Shown here: in pieces, positions 29,190 to 38,486 of the stretch
How positions within the stretch are numbered: the stretch's first letter is position 1
Layout: every line of letters begins with the position of its first letter
NCBI GenBank assembly: GCA_050331735.1
Contig: JBHJGN010000001.1
Coordinates: forward strand, 37,869 to 101,868
Origin: Cyanophyceae cyanobacterium
GTDB lineage: Bacteria > Cyanobacteriota > Cyanobacteriia > Cyanobacteriales > JBHJGN01
Length of the DNA: 64,000 bases
Direction of reading: 5' to 3'
The notes under the pieces: generated by a model
Told to the model about the DNA's origin: nothing
Database searches by the model: none
What the model saw: only the letters and a program-made list of their open reading frames with translations
Made by a program: the position numbers and the translations under genes

Positions 29190-31652
29190 TTAGTCTATCG
29201 CTAACGGGTCAACATCAATCGTCAGGCTGACTGAGCGGGGGCAGAGGGAACGTAGCGACCCTAGAGGCTGAACCGTGGCGGAAGACGCAAACTTGAGCAA
29301 GAGCTGCCAGCGGTAGCGACGCGCTACGCGCCGGATGTTGGCTGGGGCTGGACCCAAAATTTCATCTTCTGCCCCAACCAAGCTCATACAGGCATCTGCT
29401 AGCGCCTCAGCGGTTTGCTGTACCTCTGCTTCATCCAGTCCACTTAAGCGAATTAACACTAAACGACCGTAGGGAGGATAGTTTAATTCGGCTCTGGCCT
29501 TCAATTCAGGGTCCGTAAACGCGATATAGTCATGGTGCTTTACAGCCTGAATCGCCGGATGTTCGGGGGAATAGGTTTGAATAATCACCTGTCCGGGGAT
29601 ATCTCCCCGCCCAGCCCGACCCGCCACTTGGGTGAGGGTTTGAAACGCTCGTTCTGAGGCGCGGTAATCCGACCGGTGCAGCAAACCATCCGCCGCCACC
29701 ACTCCCACCAACGTTACTTGGGCTAGATCTATGCCCTTCGTCAGCATTTGCGTACCGACTAAGACGTTGGCTTCTCCGCGAGCAAAGCGGTTGAGCAGGT
29801 GGCGATGGGCTCCTTTGGTGCGTGTCGTATCGCTGTCGAACCGCAAGGGACGGAGATGGGGAAACTGCTGCTGTAGCTCCAGCATCACTCGTTGCGTCCC
29901 GCTGCCGAAAAATTTGAGATAGGGAGAACGACACTGGGGGCACTGAGGCGGCTGTAAACAGCTATAGTTACAGTAGTGGCAGCGTAACCGTTCCGTGGCT
30001 CCTTCGTGAGTGTAGTGGTACGACAGCGAAACATCGCAGTAAGGACACTCAATGACAGTGCCGCAACTGCGACAAGACACAAAGGTACTGTGTCCGCGAC
30101 GGGAGACAAATAAAATTCCCTGCTCTTGAAGCTGAGCGAGAGCCTGCCTCAGCGAACGACTAAAAATAGAGCGGTTGCCGCTGTGCAACTCCTGCCGCAT
30201 GTCAACAATTTCGACCGCAGGGAGGGGGCGAGAGCCAATTCTTGCTGGCAAAGAGAGGTAGATTCCCGATAACGGGTTGCTGGCCGCTGAGTCTTTCACC
30301 CCGACCCAAGTTTCCAAGGAGGGAGTCGCGGAGCCAAGAATGAGCGGACAGCGGTCCAGTTCGGCTCGCCATTGAGCTACAGTGCGGGCGTGATAGGTGG
30401 GAGCCGGTTGGTTTTGCTTGAAGCTCGCGTCGTGTTCTTCATCTAAGACGATCAGTCCTAGGTGGGGCAGGGGAGCAAAAACAGCAGAACGAGTGCCAAT
30501 CACGACCTGCGGCTCGCCCGTGAGCATCTGTCGCCAAGTATCAAAGCGTTCGCCGTCGGATAGAGCGCTATGGTAAACGCACACTTGACGACCAAACCGA
30601 GCGCGGAAGCGATCCGTGAGCTGTGGAGTTAGGCCAATTTCGGGAACGAGAACCAGCGCTGACTGTCGCCGCTTCAAAATCGGGGCGATCGCCTGGAGAT
30701 ACACTTCCGTTTTTCCGGAGCCAGTCACTCCATGCAGCAGCACTTGGGCACTGCCTTCTAGAGCCTGAATAATCTGGACAGCCTCGGTTTGGGCGGCGGT
30801 TAATTCCTTGGCTTGGTCGGCGGTGGTGGCAGCCTGCTCCAGGCGAAGCCGTTCTCGCCACTCCACGACAACACATCCTTTGCGCTGGAGAGCCTCGACG
30901 GTCGCAGAACTCGTCCGGCAAATTTGAAGCAGATGCGTCAGCCACAGTTCTCCACCCCGCTGCCGCAGCGCTTCAACCACTTCCCGCTGTCGCTCGGTGA
31001 GGTCCACAGGTTCATCGACAATCAGAGTCACCGCTTTTTGCCGCTTCGGACTGACCGTTTTCGGCGGTTCGAGGTAGCTTTCTACCCAGCCTCGTTTTAA
31101 CAGTTCTCTGACTCCCCGATGGGCTCCGCGCACTTGGCGCTGTAGATACTGAGCGCTGTAGTTCCCGTGCTTTTGGGACTGAAGCAGCTTGAGCACCTGG
31201 CGAGCCACCGGGCTACAGAGAGCTTCGGCTCCGGGAGGCAGGGATTTGAGGCGAATCCGTCGCTGTGATCGCCCCAGCAGACCGGGGGGTAAAGCGACGC
31301 GAATGACCGTTATCAAGTCGGTACAGGTGTACCGGGCAACGCGCTCGAGCAACTGCCAGTATGAGCGAGGGAAAAAGGCAGCACTCACCACCTCCTCAAT
31401 CTCTCGAATCCTTTCTAGCGGCAGATTGGGGGGAGATTGCACAAGACGAATCACAATGCCCCCCATAAGCTGCGCTCCAACGGGTACGCTGACAATATCT
31501 CCTGGCTGGGCCGAGACGCCCGTCGGTAAGCAATACGTCAACAGCTCTTGAACTCCCGGACAGTCTACTAACACTTCCACCCACTGCGGAGACTGATATG
31601 GAGCTGATGACCCAGGCTCAGCTAAAACCAAGCCAGAGTGACGATTAACCAT
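29190..31652 (-). CDS. priA: primosomal protein N' (replication restart helicase PriA)
   Basis: 820 aa. Walker [17 protein letters not shown] box, Cys-rich zinc region CRSCG...CPYCD...LRCHYCNY...CPQCRS, C-terminal helicase lobe. Confidence 0.9.
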   Translation of the reverse strand: MVNRHSGLVLAEPGSSAPYQSPQWVEVLVDCPGVQELLTYCLPTGVSAQPGDIVSVPVGAQLMGGIVIRLVQSPPNLPLERIREIEEVVSAAFFPRSYWQLLERVARYTCTDLITVIRVALPPGLLGRSQRRIRLKSLPPGAEALCSPVARQVLKLLQSQKHGNYSAQYLQRQVRGAHRGVRELLKRGWVESYLEPPKTVSPKRQKAVTLIVDEPVDLTERQREVVEALRQRGGELWLTHLLQICRTSSATVEALQRKGCVVVEWRERLRLEQAATTADQAKELTAAQTEAVQIIQALEGSAQVLLHGVTGSGKTEVYLQAIAPILKRRQSALVLVPEIGLTPQLTDRFRARFGRQVCVYHSALSDGERFDTWRQMLTGEPQVVIGTRSAVFAPLPHLGLIVLDEEHDASFKQNQPAPTYHARTVAQWRAELDRCPLILGSATPSLETWVGVKDSAASNPLSGIYLSLPARIGSRPLPAVEIVDMRQELHSGNRSIFSRSLRQALAQLQEQGILFVSRRGHSTFVSCRSCGTVIECPYCDVSLSYHYTHEGATERLRCHYCNYSCLQPPQCPQCRSPYLKFFGSGTQRVMLELQQQFPHLRPLRFDSDTTRTKGAHRHLLNRFARGEANVLVGTQMLTKGIDLAQVTLVGVVAADGLLHRSDYRASERAFQTLTQVAGRAGRGDIPGQVIIQTYSPEHPAIQAVKHHDYIAFTDPELKARAELNYPPYGRLVLIRLSGLDEAEVQQTAEALADACMSLVGAEDEILGPAPANIRRVARRYRWQLLLKFASSATVQPLGSLRSLCPRSVSLTIDVDPLAID

Positions 31653-32335
31653 GAATAAGCTAAAGATAACGTTTCTCTAGAAATTTGTCTCGCAACCAGA
31701 CTTGAAACCACCAAGGCTTTCAAAGCTTACCATTTAGTTCGTTTCACTATCAAACTAACTCTTCTGAAAACTTTAAGCAATGTGTTATTACTTACTTAGC
31801 TAAAGCTGATAGTTGATGAGCAAGATGCGATTAGTATACAGAATTCTCACTAACGGTAGAGAGAGAAAAACATTCCTATATGAGATGCTACCTTTATAGC
31901 AACAGCAGTTTATAAAACGTAGCAATTCAAGAGATTAGCCCTGCTTTAGAGTTTAATCCCACAGCTTGTCGACTGGTGGATACGGCCCTCCAACTTCCGA
32001 GAAAGGTAGCCGTGTTTTCTGTCCTCAAATCTTCCACGAAGAGTTGTCGATTGTTACCGTAGCATTGTCAACCCTAAGTTTTGTAGTTAGAGAAACAAAT
32101 GAACCCGATAAATTTGGTAGTCTTGTTCGCGAGACTCATCCTAGGCTAGCTAGCGGGCAGAGCCACGCCTTCAGGCCACACTTTCCTCAGCGGGCTTGGC
32201 TATGGTGGCGTTATGGCAGCGAAAACCCGACCGATTGACCAGCAGACACAGTATTTATTTTAGTTATCGCAGTTATGTAGAAGCTGAGTAGAAATATCCG
32301 AAGTCAATTTATTTAATAGTAAAAATAGAACGCAT

Positions 32336-33448
32336 ATGAACATTGCCGAACTGACCCAAGAGGAAACAATTCACTCCACAACAGATGAAAAAGAATTCAC
32401 TCAGGCAGATGCTGGTGCTGATGATTCTGAGCTTGTTGAAGTTGAATTTTCTGACTTGGCTGACGATCTAGATAGTCCCCGATATAGTAAAACGAGATCT
32501 GAAGATACCGTTGGGGCTTTCTTTAAGGAAATGGCGCGGTATCCTCTTCTCAAACCAGAAGAGGAAGTAGAGCTGGCTCATCGCGTTAAGTTTTTAGTTG
32601 AAACCGAAGAAAAACGGCAGCAGCTAAAAGAAGAGCTGAAGCGTCCTCCCACGAAAGCGGAATTGGCCGAATCTTTAGGCTTAAAGAGTGAGCGTCAGCT
32701 AGAGAATCAACTTTATCGTGGCCGGGTAGCGAAGCGGAAAATGATTCGCTCTAACCTCAGATTAGTCGTTTCCATTGCCAAGCGCTACCTCAATCGCGGA
32801 GTTCCGTTTCTCGATCTGATTCAAGAAGGAGCCATTGGATTGAACCGCGCCGCTGAAAAATTTGACCCCAACAAGGGGTATAAGTTTTCTACCTACGCTT
32901 ACTGGTGGATTCGGCAAGCGATCACACGCACGATCGCTAACGATGCTAGAACCATTCGTCTCCCGATTCACATTGTTGAAAAGCTGAACAAGCTCAAAAA
33001 GGCGCAGCGCAATCTGAAGCAGAAACTTCAGCGCAATCCGTCTGAAGAAGAGCTCGCCGAAGAGATGGAAGTGTCTCGTTCTCAACTGCGCCAGCTCCTC
33101 CAGCTACGCCGACAGTCGCTGTCCCTCAATCACCGCGTCGGGAAAGGAGAAGATACGGAATTAGTGGACCTGCTGGAGGACAACGAGCTTCAGTCTCCCG
33201 AAGAAAGCATGAACGAAGCAATGCTGCGTCAGGAAATTTTAGACGTGCTGTGCGACGTGCTCACAGAGCGAGAAAAAGATGTTATCTCTCTCCGCTATGG
33301 CTTGTCGTCTAGTCAACCCCATACCCTAGAAGAAGTTGGAGGCATTTTTAACTTATCCCGCGAGCGAGTGCGGCAAATCCAGAGTAAGGCCATGCGCAAG
33401 CTGCGGCGTCCACAAGTGGCTCGTCGGCTCAAAGGGTGGTTAACGTAA
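32336..33448 (+). CDS. RNA polymerase sigma factor, group 2 (RpoD/SigA-like)
   Basis: Region 2 LRLVVSIAKRY...FLDLIQEG.IGL..A.EKFD...GYKFSTYAYWWIRQAITR, region 3, and region 4.2 TLEEVGGIFNLSRERVRQIQSKAMRKLR. Acidic N-terminal extension. Confidence 0.9.
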   Translation: MNIAELTQEETIHSTTDEKEFTQADAGADDSELVEVEFSDLADDLDSPRYSKTRSEDTVGAFFKEMARYPLLKPEEEVELAHRVKFLVETEEKRQQLKEELKRPPTKAELAESLGLKSERQLENQLYRGRVAKRKMIRSNLRLVVSIAKRYLNRGVPFLDLIQEGAIGLNRAAEKFDPNKGYKFSTYAYWWIRQAITRTIANDARTIRLPIHIVEKLNKLKKAQRNLKQKLQRNPSEEELAEEMEVSRSQLRQLLQLRRQSLSLNHRVGKGEDTELVDLLEDNELQSPEESMNEAMLRQEILDVLCDVLTEREKDVISLRYGLSSSQPHTLEEVGGIFNLSRERVRQIQSKAMRKLRRPQVARRLKGWLT

Positions 33449-33450
33449 GT

Positions 33451-33492
33451 GTCCTCGGTCATTGGTCCTTTGTCCTTCGTTGTCCCAGTGAC
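33451..33492. repeat. heptamer-periodic tract (GTCCTCG GTCATTG GTCCTTT GTCCTTC GTTGTCC CAGTGAC)
   Basis: 7-nt periodicity starts 3 nt after the sigma factor stop codon. Confidence 0.6.
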
Positions 33493-33503
33493 CCTCTAGT
33501 GTT

Positions 33504-33971
33504 ATGACTGCTCATGCTCAATTAACCATTCGTGCTGCTCAGCCGTCCGACGTGACGGCTATTTTTCAGCTCATTGAAGCCCTTGCTCAGTATGAAAAGC
33601 TCTCCCAGGCAGTGACAGGTAATGTAGAGGCTTTAGAAAAACATTTGTTTGGTCCGCGCCCCTACGCTGAAGCAATCGTCGCTCAGTGGGAAGAGCAAGT
33701 GGTCGGATTTGCCCTATTTTTTACCAACTACTCCACCTTCTTAACCCGGCCAGGAATTTATCTAGAGGACATTTTTGTGCTGCCAGAGTATCGTCGTCGC
33801 GGAATTGGTCGAGCCATCCTGGACCGGGTTGCTCAAATCGCTAGGGAGAGAGGCTGTAGTCGGCTGGAGTGGAGCGTTCTCGACTGGAATGAACCCGCGA
33901 TCGCCTTTTACAAAGAGCTAGGGGCAACCGTGTTAGAAGAGTGGCGCATCTGCCGCATCTCCTCCCCCTAG
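33504..33971 (+). CDS. GNAT family N-acetyltransferase
   Basis: 155 aa. Acetyl-CoA motif A VLPEYRRRGIGRAIL. Confidence 0.8.
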   Translation: MTAHAQLTIRAAQPSDVTAIFQLIEALAQYEKLSQAVTGNVEALEKHLFGPRPYAEAIVAQWEEQVVGFALFFTNYSTFLTRPGIYLEDIFVLPEYRRRGIGRAILDRVAQIARERGCSRLEWSVLDWNEPAIAFYKELGATVLEEWRICRISSP

Positions 33972-34062
33972 ATCAAGACGGAGCAACGCTCGCTCCGATT
34001 TTTCTGATTAAACGCTACACAAGTTAAACCTCGGCCAAGGGTTAAAGGAAAAGACAAATCAA

Positions 34063-34097
34063 CTGTCCTTTTCCCTTTCCCCCTTCCCCTTGACCCC
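34063..34097. repeat. C-rich fragment of the hairpin + G-tract repeat family
   Basis: CTGTCCTTTTCCCTTTCCCCCTTCCCCTTGACCCC, preceded by the partly complementary AAAGGAAAAGACA. Confidence 0.55.
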
Positions 34098-34145
34098 ATT
34101 CAACCATTGGTAGCTCTCTCAAGCTGATGCCAAGACAAATGCCAG

Positions 34146-34925
34146 CTACTTGAAGCGAGTGAGCTGAACGCGGTAGCGCTGCTTTTTGGTGATGGCGACT
34201 TCTCCTACCTCGACTCGTCCTTTCCCGCGTACCGAGATCAGGTCTCCTGGGCGAACGGTGTGGCTTGGCTGAGTCACTTCTTTCCAGTTGACCCGTACAT
34301 CTCCTGTGCTAATGGCATCCGCCATCTTACTGCGGGACATGCCTAAGCCAGCCGAGGCGATCGCATCGAGGCGCAGCGACGCTTCCACCGTGGTCATCGC
34401 TTTTTGCTGAGGCGGACGAATCTTCAACTCGCTCAGTTCGATGCGCCGGGTTTTCACAGGGACAGAGCGGACCTGCACCAGCGCCGTTTCTAAAAACTCT
34501 ACTAGTTCTGGCACCACAATCACCTGAGCCCCTCGTTCGCCGAGCACGTTAATATCGCCGATTTTCTCGCGAACGACTCCCGTTCCCAAAATCGCGCCCA
34601 AGAAATCTCGATGAGTAGCAGAATCGAACAGAAAATTTCCGGCAATATCAAGAGCCGCTAATTCGATCGAAGACTGCTCTAGAGGCACTTCAGAACGAGA
34701 AATACCGATGCGTTGACGTTCGGCTTGCGGATAGCCCCCCCAGGCCAGAATCTCTACTTCCGTCAGCCGACTGAAGGCTTGCTGAACATCGACAATGACC
34801 GCCGGAGAAACAAAATCGGTGGCAACCACTTCCCACGTTCTGAGCGCTTGCTCGGCTTTGTCTACAACCCGAACTACCGCTTCTCGCTCGGCAACTCCTT
34901 TGAGTAATTCTTCTCTTGGCAGCAT
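34146..34925 (-). CDS. photosystem II S4 domain protein
   Basis: 259 aa. C-terminal S4 RNA-binding-like domain (LRLDAIASAGLGMSRSKMADAISTGDVRVNW). Overall layout of the cyanobacterial/plastid PSII S4 family. Confidence 0.7.
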   Translation of the reverse strand: MLPREELLKGVAEREAVVRVVDKAEQALRTWEVVATDFVSPAVIVDVQQAFSRLTEVEILAWGGYPQAERQRIGISRSEVPLEQSSIELAALDIAGNFLFDSATHRDFLGAILGTGVVREKIGDINVLGERGAQVIVVPELVEFLETALVQVRSVPVKTRRIELSELKIRPPQQKAMTTVEASLRLDAIASAGLGMSRSKMADAISTGDVRVNWKEVTQPSHTVRPGDLISVRGKGRVEVGEVAITKKQRYRVQLTRFK

Positions 34926-34937
34926 AATGTTTAAAAA

Positions 34938-35456
34938 TTAAGCACTGAGCGTCTCAGTCTCGGTGAAAGTTTGCAGGTCTTCGGGGTCAAACTGCTGAAG
35001 AACCTCAGTAGCTCGGTTCTTCACGTTCGCTGTTCCTTTCACCGCGACTAAATACTTGCCAGCTTGAAGGCGATCGCGGTAGGGAGGCTCTTCTTCCCGT
35101 CCAAAATTCAACACCCCACCGCCAACAAAAAAGCTCCCCATGGCCGCCGCTACGGCCCCAAACAGCCCTCCCAGGACGTGATTGCCTAAAGCTCCTAGGG
35201 GTTCTACAATCGCGATGCCGGTTTGCAAATTAAAGACGTAGCCCGCCACAAAGCCAAAGGGAATGAGCCACAAAGCCATTCCGCGCGATCGCCGACTAGC
35301 CAGCGCCTTTGGGTCCAGCACACTAAACGCCTCGCTTGTCTGATATCCCTGACCGATAATCGTTATTTGCTCGGAAGACAATCCGGCTTTTTCCAACCCG
35401 GTTAAGGCGGCTTCAGCCTTAGTTTTATCTGGCAAGACCGCCACTAAGTAGTTCAT
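34938..35456 (-). CDS. hypothetical membrane protein (Gly-zipper TM core flanked by two small soluble domains)
   Basis: 172 aa. N-terminal YLVAVLPDKTKAEAAL and C-terminal KYLVAVKGTANVKNRATEVL flank the Gly-rich hydrophobic segments. Lies 12 nt upstream of the S4-domain gene. Confidence 0.5.
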   Translation of the reverse strand: MNYLVAVLPDKTKAEAALTGLEKAGLSSEQITIIGQGYQTSEAFSVLDPKALASRRSRGMALWLIPFGFVAGYVFNLQTGIAIVEPLGALGNHVLGGLFGAVAAAMGSFFVGGGVLNFGREEEPPYRDRLQAGKYLVAVKGTANVKNRATEVLQQFDPEDLQTFTETETLSA

Positions 35457-35768
35457 GACTAGAATTCAACGACGATTTCTTCTAGCGTAGCAGTCGCCGT
35501 CTGGCGTTAACAGTCTTTGACCACTTGCTTAAGCATTGACGAAAATAAGCCTATTTTGTTAGCAAATACCTAGCCAAATGCTCATAGCTAATAAAAGGTA
35601 GCTGCTCCCGACAAATTAACGATTGAGGAGAGCTCCCTTTCCCGTTACAATAGGCTACTGCGGCTGCTTGTTGCAGATTCAATCTGAGACGCAAGCTTAA
35701 ATAACGCTTTAACTAGCCTTACGGAGCTAGTTATCTAATACTGGTTCGCTCTCACCCCTCTATTGACT

Positions 35769-37349
35769 ATGGCTAAGGTTCTTGTCTCTGATTCCATCGA
35801 TCAAGCTGGCATTGATATTCTCTCCCAAGTTGCCCAGGTTGATGTCAAAACAGGTCTTCCTCCTGAAGAACTCGCTAAAATTATTCCCGAATACGATGCC
35901 TTAATGCTCCGCTCTGGAACCAAAGTCACCCAAGAGGTGATTGAGGCTGGCACTCGATTGAAGATCATTGGACGGGCTGGAGTAGGCGTTGACAATATTG
36001 ATGTCCCGAGCGCCACTCGCTATGGCATTGTGGTGGTTAACTCTCCTGAAGGCAATACGATTGCCGCCGCCGAACACGCTCTGGCCATGATGCTTTCTCT
36101 TTCTCGCTACATTCCAGAAGCAAATCAGTCGGTCAAAGCCGGCAAGTGGGAACGCAAAAAATTTATTGGCTCTGAAGTTTATAAAAAGACGCTCGGAGTG
36201 GTCGGTTTAGGAAAAATTGGCGCTCATGTGGCGACTGTCGGGCGCTCCATGGGCATGAAACTGCTGGCTTACGACCCGTTTATTTCCAAAGAGCGAGCCG
36301 ACCAGCTCGGCTGTAGCCTTGTCGATCTAGATCTCCTCTTTACGGAATCAGACTATATCACCCTCCACGTTCCCAAAACCCCAGAAACCACTCATCTGAT
36401 TAACGCTCAAACTCTGGCCAAAATGAAGCCCGCGGCTCGACTGATTAACTGCTCTCGCGGCGGGATTATTGATGAGGACGCTCTTGTTGAGGCGATCGCC
36501 GCTAAGAAAATTGCCGGTGCAGCCCTCGATGTCTATGAAACAGAGCCATTGGGGGAATCACGGCTCAAAGACATGGGGAGCAACGTTGTCCTCACTCCCC
36601 ACCTCGGAGCCTCGACAGCAGAAGCCCAGGTTAATGTTGCTATTGATGTGGCCGAACAAATTAGAGACGTAATTTTGGGGCTGCCTGCCCGGTCTGCGGT
36701 GAACATTCCCGGGCTGAATCCGGACGTAATGGAGAAACTGAGACCTTACCTGAAAATGGCAGAAACGCTCGGAAAGCTGGTGGGTCAATTAGCCGGGGGC
36801 AGAATCGAGCAGCTCAACGTTCGTCTTCAGGGAGATTTAGCCAGCAACGCCAGCCAACCGCTCGTTGTAGCAGCCATCAAAGGTTTGTTAACTCCGGCCC
36901 TGCGGGAGCGGGTAAACTACGTTAACGCCAGTATTGAAGCCAAAGAGCGAGGCATTCGGGTTGTAGAAACGAGAGATGCGTCGATGCGAGATTACTCCGG
37001 CTCGCTGCATCTAGAGGCCAAAGGCTCCCTCGGACAGCATTCAGTGATGGGTACGCTCCTCAGTGACGGAGAAATTCGGATTACAAATCTGGACGAATTT
37101 CCGATCAATGTGCCTCCGAGCGGTCACATGCTGTTTACCCTACACCGGGATATGCCGGGAATCATTGGTAAAATCGGGTCTTTGCTGGGCAGCTTTAACG
37201 TCAACATTGCCAGTATGCAGGTAGGACGCAAAATCGTGCGCGGCGACGCGGTGATGGTGCTCAGCCTTGACGATCCGCTCCCAGACGGGCTGCTCTCAGA
37301 AATCACTAAAGTCGCCGGAATCAGAGATGCCTACACCGTACAGCTTTAA
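35769..37349 (+). CDS. serA: D-3-phosphoglycerate dehydrogenase
   Basis: 526-528 aa (TTG 35763 or ATG 35769). NAD motif GVVGLGKIGAHVA, catalytic R/E/H region, intervening domain and C-terminal ACT domain. Confidence 0.9.
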   Translation: MAKVLVSDSIDQAGIDILSQVAQVDVKTGLPPEELAKIIPEYDALMLRSGTKVTQEVIEAGTRLKIIGRAGVGVDNIDVPSATRYGIVVVNSPEGNTIAAAEHALAMMLSLSRYIPEANQSVKAGKWERKKFIGSEVYKKTLGVVGLGKIGAHVATVGRSMGMKLLAYDPFISKERADQLGCSLVDLDLLFTESDYITLHVPKTPETTHLINAQTLAKMKPAARLINCSRGGIIDEDALVEAIAAKKIAGAALDVYETEPLGESRLKDMGSNVVLTPHLGASTAEAQVNVAIDVAEQIRDVILGLPARSAVNIPGLNPDVMEKLRPYLKMAETLGKLVGQLAGGRIEQLNVRLQGDLASNASQPLVVAAIKGLLTPALRERVNYVNASIEAKERGIRVVETRDASMRDYSGSLHLEAKGSLGQHSVMGTLLSDGEIRITNLDEFPINVPPSGHMLFTLHRDMPGIIGKIGSLLGSFNVNIASMQVGRKIVRGDAVMVLSLDDPLPDGLLSEITKVAGIRDAYTVQL

Positions 37350-37423
37350 GAATATTAAGAATAATGGACAGAGCGAACAATTAGTAGACAGGCTCATTGA
37401 TAATTGCTCATCGGTCACTAAAT

Positions 37424-38296
37424 ATGCGCTGGTGGAAAATAGAAGTTCAGTGTAGTCCCGAACAGGAGGAGTCTGTTTTTTATCGACTAGACGAATTTGG
37501 CTGTCGCGGGACGGCAACAGAGGTTCAAGGGGAAACGCTTTGGGTGCGCGGCTATCTTCCCCAGGAAGAAACAGCGGTTGCCGAGCTAGAGGCGCTGGCG
37601 CAGCGGCTTAGGAAAGATGCGGCGGAGCTATGGCGATCACCACTCATCGATTGGGACTCTCTAGACGAAGAGGACTGGGCAAATAGCTGGAAGCAGGACT
37701 GGCAGCCAACCCCCGTTGGCGATCGCTTTTTGGTGTGTCCGGCTTGGCTCTCGCCTGCTCCTGACGAGCAGCGCACGGTCATTCGCCTCGATCCGGGGGC
37801 GGCTTTTGGCACCGGAACCCATCCGACAACGCAGCTTTGCCTAGCCGCGCTCGCAAGCTGCCTTAACGAGGCTCCGCTCCTCGCCGATATTGGCTGTGGC
37901 TCTGGGATTCTCTCGATTGGTGCGCTCTTGCTGGGGGCACAACGAGTCTATGCGGTCGATTTAGATCCCCTCGCCGTTAGCGCTACGGCTAATAATCGAC
38001 AGCTAAACCACCTTGAAGAGACTCGTCTGCTTGTAGAGCAAGGCAGTATTGAAAAGATAGCGGAAAAGGTTGACGGGGTAATGTGCAATATTTTAGCTCC
38101 TGTGATCGTCCAATTGATTCCGCAACTGTCGAGGATTACGAAACCGCATAGTTGGGGGCTGCTGAGCGGAATTTTGGGGCGCCAAGTCAACGACGTTGCT
38201 GCTGTTTTGCAGCAGCATCGCTGGACCATTGCTCAGCATTGGCAGCAGCAAGAGTGGAGTTGCCTCAAAATTGTTCAAAACTTGAATAAAGATTAA
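37424..38296 (+). CDS. prmA: ribosomal protein L11 methyltransferase
   Basis: MRWWKIEV start is typical of PrmA (the track ORF begins at TTG 37397). FGTGTHPTT and SAM motif DIGCGSGILSI. Confidence 0.85.
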   Translation: MRWWKIEVQCSPEQEESVFYRLDEFGCRGTATEVQGETLWVRGYLPQEETAVAELEALAQRLRKDAAELWRSPLIDWDSLDEEDWANSWKQDWQPTPVGDRFLVCPAWLSPAPDEQRTVIRLDPGAAFGTGTHPTTQLCLAALASCLNEAPLLADIGCGSGILSIGALLLGAQRVYAVDLDPLAVSATANNRQLNHLEETRLLVEQGSIEKIAEKVDGVMCNILAPVIVQLIPQLSRITKPHSWGLLSGILGRQVNDVAAVLQQHRWTIAQHWQQQEWSCLKIVQNLNKD

Positions 38297-38486
38297 TATT
38301 TTCTGGAAAATCTATTCTTACTCGTTGAACTGCGCGTTAAGATAACGAGCTCATCAAAATCAAACGAAAGAACGAAAAAAGAAGCTAAAATATTTGAGCT
38401 TGCTCAAAGCCGCCACCGGAGTTCACGTCTGGTAGAACGATGAGTTTGAAATATGCTGCCAAGCTAGTCTCCTCTTTATTTCTCGT

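Noticed and set aside
31966-32238. 90-aa TTG-start ORF in the priA / sigma factor spacer
   Set aside because: It has no ribosome-binding site, an odd composition and no recognisable family. The region is treated as non-coding (see the 31653-32335 finding).
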